Below are positions 39,006-48,947 of a DNA stretch of 64,000 nt, in pieces. The translations under genes were made by a program, and so were the position numbers. Below the pieces are notes generated by a model. That model did no database searches, was not told the DNA's origin, and was given only the letters and a program-made list of their open reading frames with translations. Each line of letters starts with the position of its first letter. Positions within the stretch are counted from its first letter, which is position 1. Source of the stretch: a virus (Duplodnaviria; Caudoviricetes); IMG/VR virus record IMGVR_UViG_3300029286_001711; one strand, written 5' to 3'.

Positions 39006-39410
39006 TTATTTTCTCATAAATCCAACGTTAAAGAGTATAAACCGAAAGTTAATACCGAAGGTTAGATTAAATACTGTAAAACTACCTGTGTTGGATAAAT
39101 TTACAAATCTTATTTTTGGTGTGTGTGGTGTTTTGTCGACTATAGATGTGCCGATTTTATTTTTCATTTCATCCAAGGAAGGTGGTTGAAATTGTGCTGA
39201 CGGTGGTAAAATAACATATTCCTCTTCACCTGTTAAAATTTTATCTAATTCTATTTGAAGGGCACTAGCCACTTCATATTCTTCTTTAGAGACACAAATC
39301 TCAATCCATAAAGTTAATATAGCAATACGTTGTGGTGTGTTCATTTGATGTTTATAAAAGTTATAAAGACCAACTATCCCTCGAATTCTATCTTCTAATT
39401 CTTTACCCAT
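39006..39410 (-). CDS. Hypothetical protein
   Basis: 134 aa ORF. Confidence 0.5.
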   Translation of the reverse strand: MGKELEDRIRGIVGLYNFYKHQMNTPQRIAILTLWIEICVSKEEYEVASALQIELDKILTGEEEYVILPPSAQFQPPSLDEMKNKIGTSIVDKTPHTPKIRFVNLSNTGSFTVFNLTFGINFRFILFNVGFMRK

Positions 39411-39427
39411 TTACTAATAATAATACA

Positions 39428-39459
39428 TTTGTATATTATATAAATAATTTGTATCTTTG
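39428..39459 (+). promoter_or_regulatory. Bacteroidota sigma70-type promoter (TTTG-N20-TATCTTTG)
   Basis: TTTG 39428-39431, TATCTTTG 39452-39459, 5 nt before the ligase ATG. Confidence 0.8.
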
Positions 39460-39464
39460 TTTTT

Positions 39465-40742
39465 ATGAGAAATATATTGAATCGTATGCAAGAATTGGTC
39501 GATAGGTTACAAACCAATTCATCTTCTAACATTAAAAAAGAATTTCTTCAAGAGTATCTTCATGACAGTGACCTTAAAAAACTCATGATGTATGTTCACA
39601 ATCCGTTTTATCAATTCCATGTAACTTCTGATAATTGTAAGAAGTTCGAAAACATGCATATTCAAAATGTTGACTGGAATGTTTTTGATTTATTAGACGC
39701 ACTACGTACACGTAGAATAACAGGTCATGAGGCCATAGGTAATATCAATACCTTTATAATGGCAAACCCAGAACATAAACAACTTATTTACAACATTATC
39801 GATAAAGACCTAAAATGTCGTGTAGGAGAGAGTTTAATTAATAAGGCAGTACCCAATACCATTCCGACATTTGACGTTGCCTTGGCAGAGAAATTTGAAC
39901 CTGAGATGGTAAACTTCGAGACTGAAGAGTGGTATGTTTCTCGTAAACTCGATGGAGTTCGTTGTATCGTTGTTATTGATGAAAACGGTAAAGTAACTTC
40001 GTTTTCACGTCAAGGTAAGATTTTTGAAACACTCGGTAAGATAGAGGAGTTTTTCTCATCGTATAAAGTTAGGGGTATTGTTTTTGACGGTGAAATTTGT
40101 ATGGTTGATGAAAAAGGTGACGAAGATTTTCAATCCATCATGAAAGAAATCCGTAGAAAGGATCATACCATTCAAAATGTTAAGTATAAAATATTTGACT
40201 GTTTAAGTTTAACTGAATTTTATAATCAAAGAAGTATTCGTAAACTATCTGAACGTTTAGATACTATTAGTCATTTTGATAGTATTGTTGAATACCTACC
40301 ACAAGAACGAATTCGTGACATCAAACATTTTCAAGAATGGATTGACATGGCCAATGAGGGTGGTTGGGAAGGTGTTATGTTACGTAAGAATGTTGGTTAC
40401 AAGGGTAAACGTAGTAAAGACCTTTTAAAAGCTAAGAAATTTCATGACGCTGAATATGTTGTAGAAGGAATAACCTTCGGACCGATTCGTAGATTAGTAG
40501 AAGGTCAAGAAGTTACTGAAACTATGACCTCACAGATTATGATTAAACATAAAGGGTTTGAGGTTGGTGTTGGTAGTGGGTTTAGTATGGAACAACGAAT
40601 GGAATTTCACCAAGACCCAAGTAAGATTGTTGGTAAAACAATTACCGTACAATACTTTGAAGAAACTCACAATCAAGAAGGTGGCATTAGTCTTAGGTTC
40701 CCAGTTTTAAAACATATCTACGAAAATGGTAGAAATGTCTAA
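39465..40742 (+). CDS. lig: ATP-dependent DNA ligase
   Basis: SRKLDGVR (KxDG), VFDGE, IFD, EGVMLR, LLKAKK, OB-fold VGSGF, LRFP. Confidence 0.93.
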   Translation: MRNILNRMQELVDRLQTNSSSNIKKEFLQEYLHDSDLKKLMMYVHNPFYQFHVTSDNCKKFENMHIQNVDWNVFDLLDALRTRRITGHEAIGNINTFIMANPEHKQLIYNIIDKDLKCRVGESLINKAVPNTIPTFDVALAEKFEPEMVNFETEEWYVSRKLDGVRCIVVIDENGKVTSFSRQGKIFETLGKIEEFFSSYKVRGIVFDGEICMVDEKGDEDFQSIMKEIRRKDHTIQNVKYKIFDCLSLTEFYNQRSIRKLSERLDTISHFDSIVEYLPQERIRDIKHFQEWIDMANEGGWEGVMLRKNVGYKGKRSKDLLKAKKFHDAEYVVEGITFGPIRRLVEGQEVTETMTSQIMIKHKGFEVGVGSGFSMEQRMEFHQDPSKIVGKTITVQYFEETHNQEGGISLRFPVLKHIYENGRNV

Positions 40743-40763
40743 AAAATTGATTATATTTGTAAT

Positions 40764-41231
40764 ATGAAAATTATTTTTATAGATATTGATGGTGTATTGG
40801 CTACCGCTCCCTGCTGGAATATGAGTAGAGACAATAAATGGGATGCCTATCCTTTCGATAAGAAAGCTGTAAAAGTTTTAAATGAAATCTTAAGTGAAAC
40901 TGGTGCTGAAATGGTATTATCTTCCGATTGGAAATATTACTATACCATGGACCAAATAAAAGAAATCTTCACAGAGTTGAATAGTGTTATTAAAGCACCA
41001 TTCGATCAGACACCTATGTTTCCGACTAACGCTATGAATTTAGGTGGTGGTAGAGTTAATGAGGTTAAGGCCTGGTTAGAGGATAACGTAGAAAAATTGG
41101 GTGTAACACATTGGGTTGCTATTGATGATTTAGATATGTTTGAGTTAGAAAACTTTGCTCATTGCCCAAGACAAATGGAAGGTATTAAACAAAGTGGCCT
41201 TAAAGATAAAATACTTAAATTTTTAAGTTAA
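40764..41231 (+). CDS. HAD domain protein (Swiss Army Knife RNA-repair-like HAD)
   Basis: IIFIDIDGVL, VLSSDW, WVAIDD; TATATTTG at 40752. Confidence 0.8.
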   Translation: MKIIFIDIDGVLATAPCWNMSRDNKWDAYPFDKKAVKVLNEILSETGAEMVLSSDWKYYYTMDQIKEIFTELNSVIKAPFDQTPMFPTNAMNLGGGRVNEVKAWLEDNVEKLGVTHWVAIDDLDMFELENFAHCPRQMEGIKQSGLKDKILKFLS

Positions 41232-41458
41232 TGTTAGAGATTTGGTCGGACTATTATAAAGTACTTGATGTGATTAATAGTTGTAAAACTATTGAACAAT
41301 TAAAGGGTGCTTCAAGGATGTTAGGGTTTTGGTTGGATAAGCATATGGATAGACAAGTCTACTCCAAAACTTTTGAAAATCATATTGAAAGAAGATTTAA
41401 AGAATTAAATGGAAAAGAAGTTGATAAAATATCGTGTAGAGAAATTACAGTTTATTAA
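41231..41458 (+). CDS. Hypothetical protein
   Basis: 75 aa coupled ORF. Confidence 0.55.
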   Translation: MLEIWSDYYKVLDVINSCKTIEQLKGASRMLGFWLDKHMDRQVYSKTFENHIERRFKELNGKEVDKISCREITVY

Positions 41459-41744
41459 AAAGCCTGTAATCCCTAATTTTGATTTTGCGACATTATATGG
41501 TGAAGTTGGGATTGATATGTCTCCAAGGTGGAGTAATCCGAATAATAACCCGTGTGTTGAAATGGTACAAAATTTATATGGTGGTGGTTATGAATCGGGA
41601 GAATATGGTTCTTATAGGGGTAGAAGTTTTGTGGATCCAGTTACAGGTGTTATTAATTATAACCTCATTTCTGATGATTGGGATTGGGATCAAAATTTAA
41701 ATTATACATTTGAATCTGACACTTGGGAGGACACTTATGAATAA
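41409..41744 (+). CDS. Hypothetical protein
   Basis: 111 aa ORF. Confidence 0.45.
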   Translation: MEKKLIKYRVEKLQFIKKPVIPNFDFATLYGEVGIDMSPRWSNPNNNPCVEMVQNLYGGGYESGEYGSYRGRSFVDPVTGVINYNLISDDWDWDQNLNYTFESDTWEDTYE

Positions 41745-42210
41745 AATTAATCGTTGGTTTTATTATAGAGTTGCAAGACTTTCTGTTAGAGCCAAATGGT
41801 CAAAAGTTAATTTATCTGAACTTAGTAGGGTTCAAGATAGAACGATGAAGATAACTTTAACTCTAATGCGTGATGGTGACACTGAAATGTTAATTAACCC
41901 TAGAGTCGATGAAAAGGTTGGTGAAAAATATTACATTAAAAAATTTAATGAAAATAACGAACCATCAGTTTTTGTTACAATTTCTAAAAACTCAAACGGA
42001 TATATCTTCAACATAATTGGTAATGAAGATATTAACGGTAAAGAAGTTAGATATCATTATGATATTTGGTTCAATGAGGGTTATGGTAGTTATGTATTAG
42101 AAAGGTTTAAACGTATATTAACACGTAGAAGAAATAAGATGGAAAAAGAAATCCGTCAGGGAGATGAAGAGGCACTAGATTTAATATTAAAAAAATTAGA
42201 AAATAAATAA
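41737..42210 (+). CDS. Hypothetical protein
   Basis: Start reassigned to ATG 41737 overlapping the previous stop. Confidence 0.55.
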   Translation: MNKINRWFYYRVARLSVRAKWSKVNLSELSRVQDRTMKITLTLMRDGDTEMLINPRVDEKVGEKYYIKKFNENNEPSVFVTISKNSNGYIFNIIGNEDINGKEVRYHYDIWFNEGYGSYVLERFKRILTRRRNKMEKEIRQGDEEALDLILKKLENK

Positions 42211-42422
42211 TGAAAAAGAAGTTGTATTTTAACGGTACGTACCTAATAAAAGGTCGTAAACTTTTTGGTAAGATTAGAGGTAAAGTTATTTCTAGCCATT
42301 ACCGTAATATCTACAGAATTGGTGACAGTATATCTGTCCCTGCTGGTGATAGTTTCAAAGAAATTAGTGAAGAACAATTTGAGGTATTAAAAAAATTTGA
42401 TTTTATAAAAGATGGAAAATAA
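42210..42422 (+). CDS. Hypothetical protein
   Basis: 70 aa coupled ORF. Confidence 0.5.
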   Translation: MKKKLYFNGTYLIKGRKLFGKIRGKVISSHYRNIYRIGDSISVPAGDSFKEISEEQFEVLKKFDFIKDGK

Positions 42423-42741
42423 AGAATATATTTTATGTGCGGCCAACTACTACAATGATGGTAAGAAACACACATTTAGTCCTAGAAATATTGAAACAGG
42501 TTTTGTGGTTTGCGGTCGTAGACATCATAACTGTATTCAAACCTTTGCACAGATAGTAGGATTTCCTTATGATGAAAAAGGTTTGGAGTTAATGAGAACT
42601 GAAGAACAAGGGTTTTTAACTAACCTGGATAGATATGTTGATAGATTAGAGGCTCTTGAAATAGCGAGAAATGCTAACCAATTATTAGATGGTGAAGGTG
42701 TAAACGAAAAAATTGGTTTGTTTAGTGAAAATTTATACTAA
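42412..42741 (+). CDS. Hypothetical phage protein
   Basis: ILCAA, CGRRHHNC, QGFLT, LFSENLY motifs. Confidence 0.65.
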   Translation: MENKEYILCAANYYNDGKKHTFSPRNIETGFVVCGRRHHNCIQTFAQIVGFPYDEKGLELMRTEEQGFLTNLDRYVDRLEALEIARNANQLLDGEGVNEKIGLFSENLY

Positions 42742-43052
42742 TGGATATTATTAAGAAAAAACATATTAGAACTTTAAAAGAAGTACAAATTAAGAAAATA
42801 GATTGGGTTGAACCTCCTTTAAATATGGAAGATCACATAGAACAACTCAGACTTGAGCGTCATAGACGTAGACATGAATTTATGGATTACGAAAGACGAG
42901 TGTTAGATGATTTTAGTACAAGATTTGATAATCTACAAAGAGACCACGAAAGGAGACTTAGAAAGGTAGATAGAATTTTTAAGTTTATAAAATGGGGTAT
43001 GGTAGCGTTTGTCATTGCCCAAATTGTTGTTACAATCATAAAAATTAAATAA
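42741..43052 (+). CDS. Coiled-coil protein with C-terminal TM
   Basis: WGMVAFVIAQIVVTII. Confidence 0.55.
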   Translation: MDIIKKKHIRTLKEVQIKKIDWVEPPLNMEDHIEQLRLERHRRRHEFMDYERRVLDDFSTRFDNLQRDHERRLRKVDRIFKFIKWGMVAFVIAQIVVTIIKIK

Positions 43053-43063
43053 AAGGATTTAAT

Positions 43064-43094
43064 TTTGCCCATCAAATATTTATCTATATATTTG
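43064..43094 (+). promoter_or_regulatory. Bacteroidota sigma70-type promoter (TTTG-N19-TATATTTG)
   Basis: TTTG 43064-43067; TATATTTG 43087-43094. Confidence 0.75.
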
Positions 43095-43113
43095 TACTAT
43101 AAATAAGAAAGAT

Positions 43114-43404
43114 ATGAATCAAGATTTCAACCCCTATAACGACATCGTTAAAAGTTTAAAGAAGACCTTAATCTTAAAGAAAGTCTCTACTTTTTTCAAA
43201 TTTTTAGTTTTAATTGGATTACCATATGTGATTGTATCAAGTATGTTTGTAAGTCCTGAACAAAACACAATTCAAATCGTGGCATTTGTAACCACTTTTA
43301 TTACCTGGGTATTTACCCTTAGAGCTTACAACCATTCAAATATGATTTCTAAAGTTTGGATTTGGTTAGAAGATACTAAGGCCAAAAAAGGTACCATCAT
43401 CTAA
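43114..43404 (+). CDS. Two-TM membrane protein
   Basis: Two hydrophobic stretches. Confidence 0.55.
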   Translation: MNQDFNPYNDIVKSLKKTLILKKVSTFFKFLVLIGLPYVIVSSMFVSPEQNTIQIVAFVTTFITWVFTLRAYNHSNMISKVWIWLEDTKAKKGTII

Positions 43405-43703
43405 TGGAACTCAAAGAATTTTTAGACAAGGTTGTCGGCAGTGGCTCCCTTCATCAAAACGACGATGGGTTGTGGAAAATTCAACCCTATGAAATTGTTA
43501 TTGAAGATAATAATAGGGGACACATTAGTGGTTTCCTCTCATTTAAAGGTGAAAGATTTCAAGATTTTAGTGCGTCAGGTCAGGATATTAAAACCGTTGA
43601 AGGTTTTGTAGAATCTTTAAATCATGGATATACTCAAGCAATTAAAGATGTTATTATAAATGGTAACATTGGAAATACTATTAAACCTTTTAAATTCGTT
43701 TAA
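43404..43703 (+). CDS. Hypothetical protein
   Basis: 99 aa coupled ORF. Confidence 0.55.
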   Translation: MELKEFLDKVVGSGSLHQNDDGLWKIQPYEIVIEDNNRGHISGFLSFKGERFQDFSASGQDIKTVEGFVESLNHGYTQAIKDVIINGNIGNTIKPFKFV

Positions 43704-45595
43704 ACCCTCTTAAGTCTTCCTTGAGTCCAGGCCTCATAACTTGGTCCAATGAAGTATACAAACTTTCTACCACGTCTTTCTGACCTTACAAGACCCGCAT
43801 CTTTGATAGAACTAAAGAATGTACTATTATGTGCTGGTCGACGTGATCCACCCAGTACTTCTTGATAGAATTCTTCAGGTGTTTTACCTGTTGGGTTAGC
43901 AATTAAATAATCTAAAAATCTTTTTGTTAAACTAGTTTCAGAGGCCGGATATTCAAACTTATAGGATGAATGTGAACTTACTGGTCTCCAAAGAATAGAA
44001 CCATCTTTTGTTGGTACATGATTCTTAAATAACACATCAAAAGCGGTCTTTTCAAAAGTCTCCGTAAATCTGTCTAAAAGAAATTCCATTAACACCGATG
44101 TATCATCACCATCAGTTATGTTAGTTATACGTGAAATCATTGCTTTAGCATCCCAATTTATAACTTCAAATAATCTATTAATACCGACACGTGATTCGGT
44201 ATTAATTAAATTTGAAAATTTAGTAAAGAACCTATTTATTGGGTATCTTGAGTAAAGGTAAATTATACTCATTTCTTTTAAATCTGAAACTGGATCCGCA
44301 TCTTCTACTACCCCAGTTCCACCACCCTCTTTAGTTTTATATAAACGACAACTAAAAAATGTATTCTCATCGGGGAATATTTTACCTTCAATAAAATAAC
44401 CATGATCTTCGATGGGTTCTTCTTCCACGACACCACCCTGATATGAGGTATCTGGATAGATTTGGAATCTACCTTCTTGATATGTCATATATGACCATCT
44501 ACCATAAACATTTCTAAATTGTGTATTATAAATACTTGTATCACCTAGGATTTCATCAAATAAATCATAAAAACCATATTCTTCAATAATATATGGAACA
44601 AAAACTTTTTGTAACTCTCTAAATCTTTCTTCTGATGTTTTTTGATTATTCTTTTCACCCAATATTTTTTCTATAGCCTCAGATTTCCTTTTGTTGTTAA
44701 GTTTATCTAACACCATTTTATAGTAATTGTCTATGGCCTCACCTAACTCCTTTGGGAGAAGTGGCATGATATAATTTAAATTAACTTGACTATCTTGTTC
44801 ATCATAACCCGTACCAGGACCACCTGCTGGAAGAAGTGGTGTGTAATAGTATCTAAACGTTGGCATTTCAGTACCAGTTCCTACGGTATTCTCACCTACT
44901 TCCCTACCAGGATTAAATGTTTTGTGAATAGCTAATTTATAAAGTGTACCTTCTTTTCTTGTTTTATCTAAAATATAAAAAAGAACACCATTTCCACCGT
45001 TAATAGATGTATATTGTTTGAAATAACTTGGTTGACCTTTTGCTGTTGTACACCATTTGGTACCAGCTCCATAATGACAAGATGCTTCATGAGTTTTAGG
45101 TACCATAACAACCCATCTACTGTCTTGATAGATTTTGTCAGCAGATCCTTTTAACTCTTTTTCTTTAGTAATTTCTATATGTTTATTTGTGGCTTGATTA
45201 ATAGCACTCCTTAAAACCGTAATATCTTTATATTCAGGACTGTAAATGTCTTTATTTTGAATAAGGTTTCTTTCTGAAAATTTATGGAAAGAATCTACTA
45301 AGTTTAAAATAAAAGTAGTTGGGCTGTCAATACTCGATATATCGTCATATCCACCGTTTAAGTCATCAGTCCAAGATGAAACTATTTGACTTAAAATATA
45401 ATCAAGATATTTTCCAGTACCAGATGGGTCTTTTTCTTGTACTGTTTTAATAACATGTGACCAATCATCTTCATTTTTTAATGGACCCCTATCTTCGTGA
45501 CCTGGTACAACATAGTTAGACCATTTATCTATAATAGATTTAGTACGTCCTTCGTTTAATAAGGATTCGAATAATATTTTTAAGGAAACTTCCAT
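43700..45595 (-). CDS. GAGTKWC paralog family member B, possible C-terminal winged helix
   Basis: DPSGTGKYLDY; KIYQD..W...PKTHEASCHYGAGTKWCTT; C-terminal LVRSERRGRKFVY; leader LLNEG. Confidence 0.7.
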   Translation of the reverse strand: MEVSLKILFESLLNEGRTKSIIDKWSNYVVPGHEDRGPLKNEDDWSHVIKTVQEKDPSGTGKYLDYILSQIVSSWTDDLNGGYDDISSIDSPTTFILNLVDSFHKFSERNLIQNKDIYSPEYKDITVLRSAINQATNKHIEITKEKELKGSADKIYQDSRWVVMVPKTHEASCHYGAGTKWCTTAKGQPSYFKQYTSINGGNGVLFYILDKTRKEGTLYKLAIHKTFNPGREVGENTVGTGTEMPTFRYYYTPLLPAGGPGTGYDEQDSQVNLNYIMPLLPKELGEAIDNYYKMVLDKLNNKRKSEAIEKILGEKNNQKTSEERFRELQKVFVPYIIEEYGFYDLFDEILGDTSIYNTQFRNVYGRWSYMTYQEGRFQIYPDTSYQGGVVEEEPIEDHGYFIEGKIFPDENTFFSCRLYKTKEGGGTGVVEDADPVSDLKEMSIIYLYSRYPINRFFTKFSNLINTESRVGINRLFEVINWDAKAMISRITNITDGDDTSVLMEFLLDRFTETFEKTAFDVLFKNHVPTKDGSILWRPVSSHSSYKFEYPASETSLTKRFLDYLIANPTGKTPEEFYQEVLGGSRRPAHNSTFFSSIKDAGLVRSERRGRKFVYFIGPSYEAWTQGRLKRV

Positions 45596-46464
45596 TAATC
45601 TTTTTCGATTACAAGCTTTTTCTTACCACCTTCAGATGTATCATAAACAACAAAATGAACTTCAGGGTGTAACTTCTTTAATTGATGTTCAATAAAACTT
45701 TCAACAGCTTTAACGTTTTTAATATCATCATCAGAAAACCCAAGGGAAATCTTTCTATATTTACCACCCACCATATGTGATTTTACACCATCAATTAATT
45801 TTTTAACAAAATGTTCGATAGCAACTTGTTTAGCGTGTTCAGGGTTCGAAGAACCCCCTTTAACATCGAGACCAAATCTCTCACCAAATTCTGGTGAAGA
45901 AACTGGGTAGTACTCACCCCTCTCATCTAAATAGAGTTCAATTAGTTGTTCACCATTAAGACCTTTAGTTAAATTAGCCGGTAATTCTTTTTGAAGATTT
46001 TTAATCATCATCTTTTTCTCTTCAGGAGTTAAAACCATTTTAATAAAAAGTTTAACACCGTCTTTTAAAGCTTTAGGTTCATGACCTCTTGCTGTATTAA
46101 TAGCGAAAGAGTTACCGTGTGTTAAAGCCTCAATAAATTTCTTGTAACTTGGTGCAAATTTTTCATGATGAATCGCTGTTTCAGTATCTCTTAAAAAAGC
46201 CTTATAATCTCTAAAATCAGAGAACGCCTCTTCTGGATTACCATTTCTCACTCTATATTCTGGATTACTTCTAACCTTAGCAAACTCTTCAGTAGAAACA
46301 TCTACTGGAACCCACTTACCGTTTTGGTTTTTGTCCATCTTAATTTTTGTTGGCATTCTAAGAATATTATCATCCCAATCAAAAACATATGAACGAAGTT
46401 TAACTTCTAATAAATGTTTTTTAACTTTACTTAATTGTGTCTCTGTTAATATAATTTTTTTCAT
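45595..46464 (-). CDS. HAD-superfamily hydrolase
   Basis: FDWDDN (DxD), INTARG, GFSDDD; leader KKIILTE...HLLE. Confidence 0.75.
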   Translation of the reverse strand: MKKIILTETQLSKVKKHLLEVKLRSYVFDWDDNILRMPTKIKMDKNQNGKWVPVDVSTEEFAKVRSNPEYRVRNGNPEEAFSDFRDYKAFLRDTETAIHHEKFAPSYKKFIEALTHGNSFAINTARGHEPKALKDGVKLFIKMVLTPEEKKMMIKNLQKELPANLTKGLNGEQLIELYLDERGEYYPVSSPEFGERFGLDVKGGSSNPEHAKQVAIEHFVKKLIDGVKSHMVGGKYRKISLGFSDDDIKNVKAVESFIEHQLKKLHPEVHFVVYDTSEGGKKKLVIEKD

Positions 46465-47783
46465 TACGTTGTCTTTGGTTTTCTTCCTTTGGGTTGTACT
46501 ATTTTTTGTAAATAAGCCCCATTTATCAATACAACACCAGTTATCACCCTATTTTCACCAGTACCTATCCATCGATTATAACCTTGGGTTGATTTTCTAC
46601 CAGGGACGTGTACTAAATAAGTTCCAGCATTAGTGACACCCACATCTTTCTGCCTACCTGGTGCACCACTGTAAGTTTCAACAACGAAACCTTCATCACC
46701 TCTATAATAACCATATCCACTAACCAAAAGTTTTACTTTATCACCTTTTTTTAATCTGACAGGGTTTGGGTTAACCTCATAAGGTATCTCACCCTTCTTT
46801 TTTCTAGCAACGGAAATTTCAACTTTTCTTTGTATTGCTTTCAATAATCCTTGTAACTTTTCTGGTAACTGAGACTGTTCGATAAATTCATTCCAATCTA
46901 TTTCATCATCATCAGCCTCCCAATATGTAGTTTTAGTTGACTCGTATTGTCTTTTAATATTTTGTATTGCTCTTTTTTGTTGTGCAGCACCACGAAACCT
47001 TTCTCTAGGTTTTAAACCATTATCAGTTTCTGTGGGATTTACTCTTGTGTCGATTTCTTTATGCCAAGGCAACTCTATTTTAATATCTTCTGATGGTGTA
47101 TCTAATTTAATATCAGTATTGATTGCCCATTTTTGATTTACTTTTTTCTTAATTACGAAAATTAGATAATGATTATCTTTTGTATATCTTTGATAATATT
47201 GTGGGTCATTTCTCATGGTTACACACCATCTAGTGTTAGAACCGTAGACGCAAGATGCTTGATGTGTTTTTGGTGAAATAAATAACCAGTCTTCATCCTC
47301 GTATATTTTCTCAACATCTTTAGCCAACCCCTTTTCAGAAGCTTTAATTATAATAGGACCTAATGCGTTTTTAAGTGAATCATACGTGTAAGAATTTATA
47401 TCCTTATTTTGTAAACCTCTACCATATTGATGGAAATCTTTTGTGATTCCTATTAAAGGTTCTATAAAAGTTTTAACCCAAAAACCACCGTTTCTATTAA
47501 ACCTATCCACGTCAGACCAAATTGGATTGTTAAAATCACTTAAACAACCTGGTTTTTCCCCTCCGAATTCTTGTTTAAAACCATCATAACCTTCAATATC
47601 TTCACCCTCCCATAACATCTTAGTCATCCACATTAGATATTTGTTATTTCCAGACGGATCCTTAGATGCCATATAATCAATAAGCATTGGTGGTATACAT
47701 TTGTAACGTGCCTTAGCATCATCAACCCTATTTTCAGTTAATAGTTGCTCAAGAATGATGTATTTTATATTTTGACTTTCCAT
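46464..47783 (-). CDS. GAGTKWC paralog family member C
   Basis: DPSGNNKYLMW; KIYED..W...PKTHQASCVYGSNTRWC; start reassigned to 47783 after ATATTTAT 47789-47796. Confidence 0.7.
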   Translation of the reverse strand: MESQNIKYIILEQLLTENRVDDAKARYKCIPPMLIDYMASKDPSGNNKYLMWMTKMLWEGEDIEGYDGFKQEFGGEKPGCLSDFNNPIWSDVDRFNRNGGFWVKTFIEPLIGITKDFHQYGRGLQNKDINSYTYDSLKNALGPIIIKASEKGLAKDVEKIYEDEDWLFISPKTHQASCVYGSNTRWCVTMRNDPQYYQRYTKDNHYLIFVIKKKVNQKWAINTDIKLDTPSEDIKIELPWHKEIDTRVNPTETDNGLKPRERFRGAAQQKRAIQNIKRQYESTKTTYWEADDDEIDWNEFIEQSQLPEKLQGLLKAIQRKVEISVARKKKGEIPYEVNPNPVRLKKGDKVKLLVSGYGYYRGDEGFVVETYSGAPGRQKDVGVTNAGTYLVHVPGRKSTQGYNRWIGTGENRVITGVVLINGAYLQKIVQPKGRKPKTT

Positions 47784-47806
47784 TGTATATAAATATATCG
47801 AAATCT

Positions 47807-48148
47807 TCAATCTTCATCATTATATGATGAAGGTGTTGGTGGTGTTGGTGTGGTTTTACTTAATTCATCTGTGAGATATAAATCGGTGATTTCACGAAGG
47901 CTGTTTTCATCTAATTTAGAAATTTTAGCCTTATTTAATAATCCACTAATTATCATATAAACAATTGTATAGTTTTCATATACCTTTGTGATATCATAAA
48001 AGCTTAAGTGGGTTCTTAATTTAATTTTCTCAAAGTCTTCACGAATAAGACTATGCATAGTACGAGTGAAGCGTACTAAATCTTTATCCTTCAATAGGAT
48101 ATTAAATCTAACAACATCGTATAATGATTTTATGGAATAATTACTCAT
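47807..48148 (-). CDS. Hypothetical protein
   Basis: 113 aa; ATATTTAT at 48156-48163. Confidence 0.55.
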   Translation of the reverse strand: MSNYSIKSLYDVVRFNILLKDKDLVRFTRTMHSLIREDFEKIKLRTHLSFYDITKVYENYTIVYMIISGLLNKAKISKLDENSLREITDLYLTDELSKTTPTPPTPSSYNDED

Positions 48149-48204
48149 ATCAATAATAAATATATAATATTGATATAGTAAATAATAATACCTAAGATTA
48201 ATAT

Positions 48205-48603
48205 ATGATTAATGTGGGTGATATTGTTAAAGTAAAAGAAAGTCAACATAAAATAGCTAAAGGTCAAAAAGTTAAATTAAGAGCTAGAGTTGTTTTTATA
48301 ACTGAAACTGGACTTGAGATTGCTAATGGCTGTATCATAAGTGTTCATAATGGTAGTGAGTTTAAGTATGTTGATTTGAAGAGAATTAAAATTATTGAAT
48401 CAGACGGTGAACTTAATCCAGAAGATAAGATTACTTTTATAGCTGAATTTAATTTAGAACCCCAAGATATGTCCGACGATTCCATTATTTTAAAAAGTCT
48501 CTATACTAAATGGAACGTTCATTTGTCAGATTGGTATACTAAGTTTCGTAAAGAAAATTTAGAAAAATATGGGTATGATACACACAAAATGATTTACAAA
48601 TGA
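48205..48603 (+). CDS. Hypothetical protein (SH3/KOW-like start)
   Basis: MINVGDIVKVK. Confidence 0.5.
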   Translation: MINVGDIVKVKESQHKIAKGQKVKLRARVVFITETGLEIANGCIISVHNGSEFKYVDLKRIKIIESDGELNPEDKITFIAEFNLEPQDMSDDSIILKSLYTKWNVHLSDWYTKFRKENLEKYGYDTHKMIYK

Positions 48604-48947
48604 GATATAAAGAAGGGGAGGAAGTTTCATTTAAAGTTTTATCACCAATTGATGAATCCGTCAATGGGAAAGTGGTGGTAGCAATTCCAGATGGAATACT
48701 TAAATGGGAAGAATATGGTGAACCGTATTATTTAGTTGAATACCGTGAAGGTTGGGATTACCATTTAATGGTAATGGATGAATTAATAGGTTTAATAGGG
48801 GAAGATAATATATCTAAACTAGAAGATGAAAAAAAATATTGGTTTGTTCGTGAAAAAAACATTGTTGGTAAGTGGGATGGAAAACGGACAATACCAGAGT
48901 TAATGAATTTTAGGTTATTAAAATATAACTTTAAGAAAAATTCTTAA
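48600..48947 (+). CDS. Hypothetical protein (SH3/KOW-like)
   Basis: MRYKEGEEVSFK...GKVV; basic C-terminal tail. Confidence 0.55.
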   Translation: MRYKEGEEVSFKVLSPIDESVNGKVVVAIPDGILKWEEYGEPYYLVEYREGWDYHLMVMDELIGLIGEDNISKLEDEKKYWFVREKNIVGKWDGKRTIPELMNFRLLKYNFKKNS

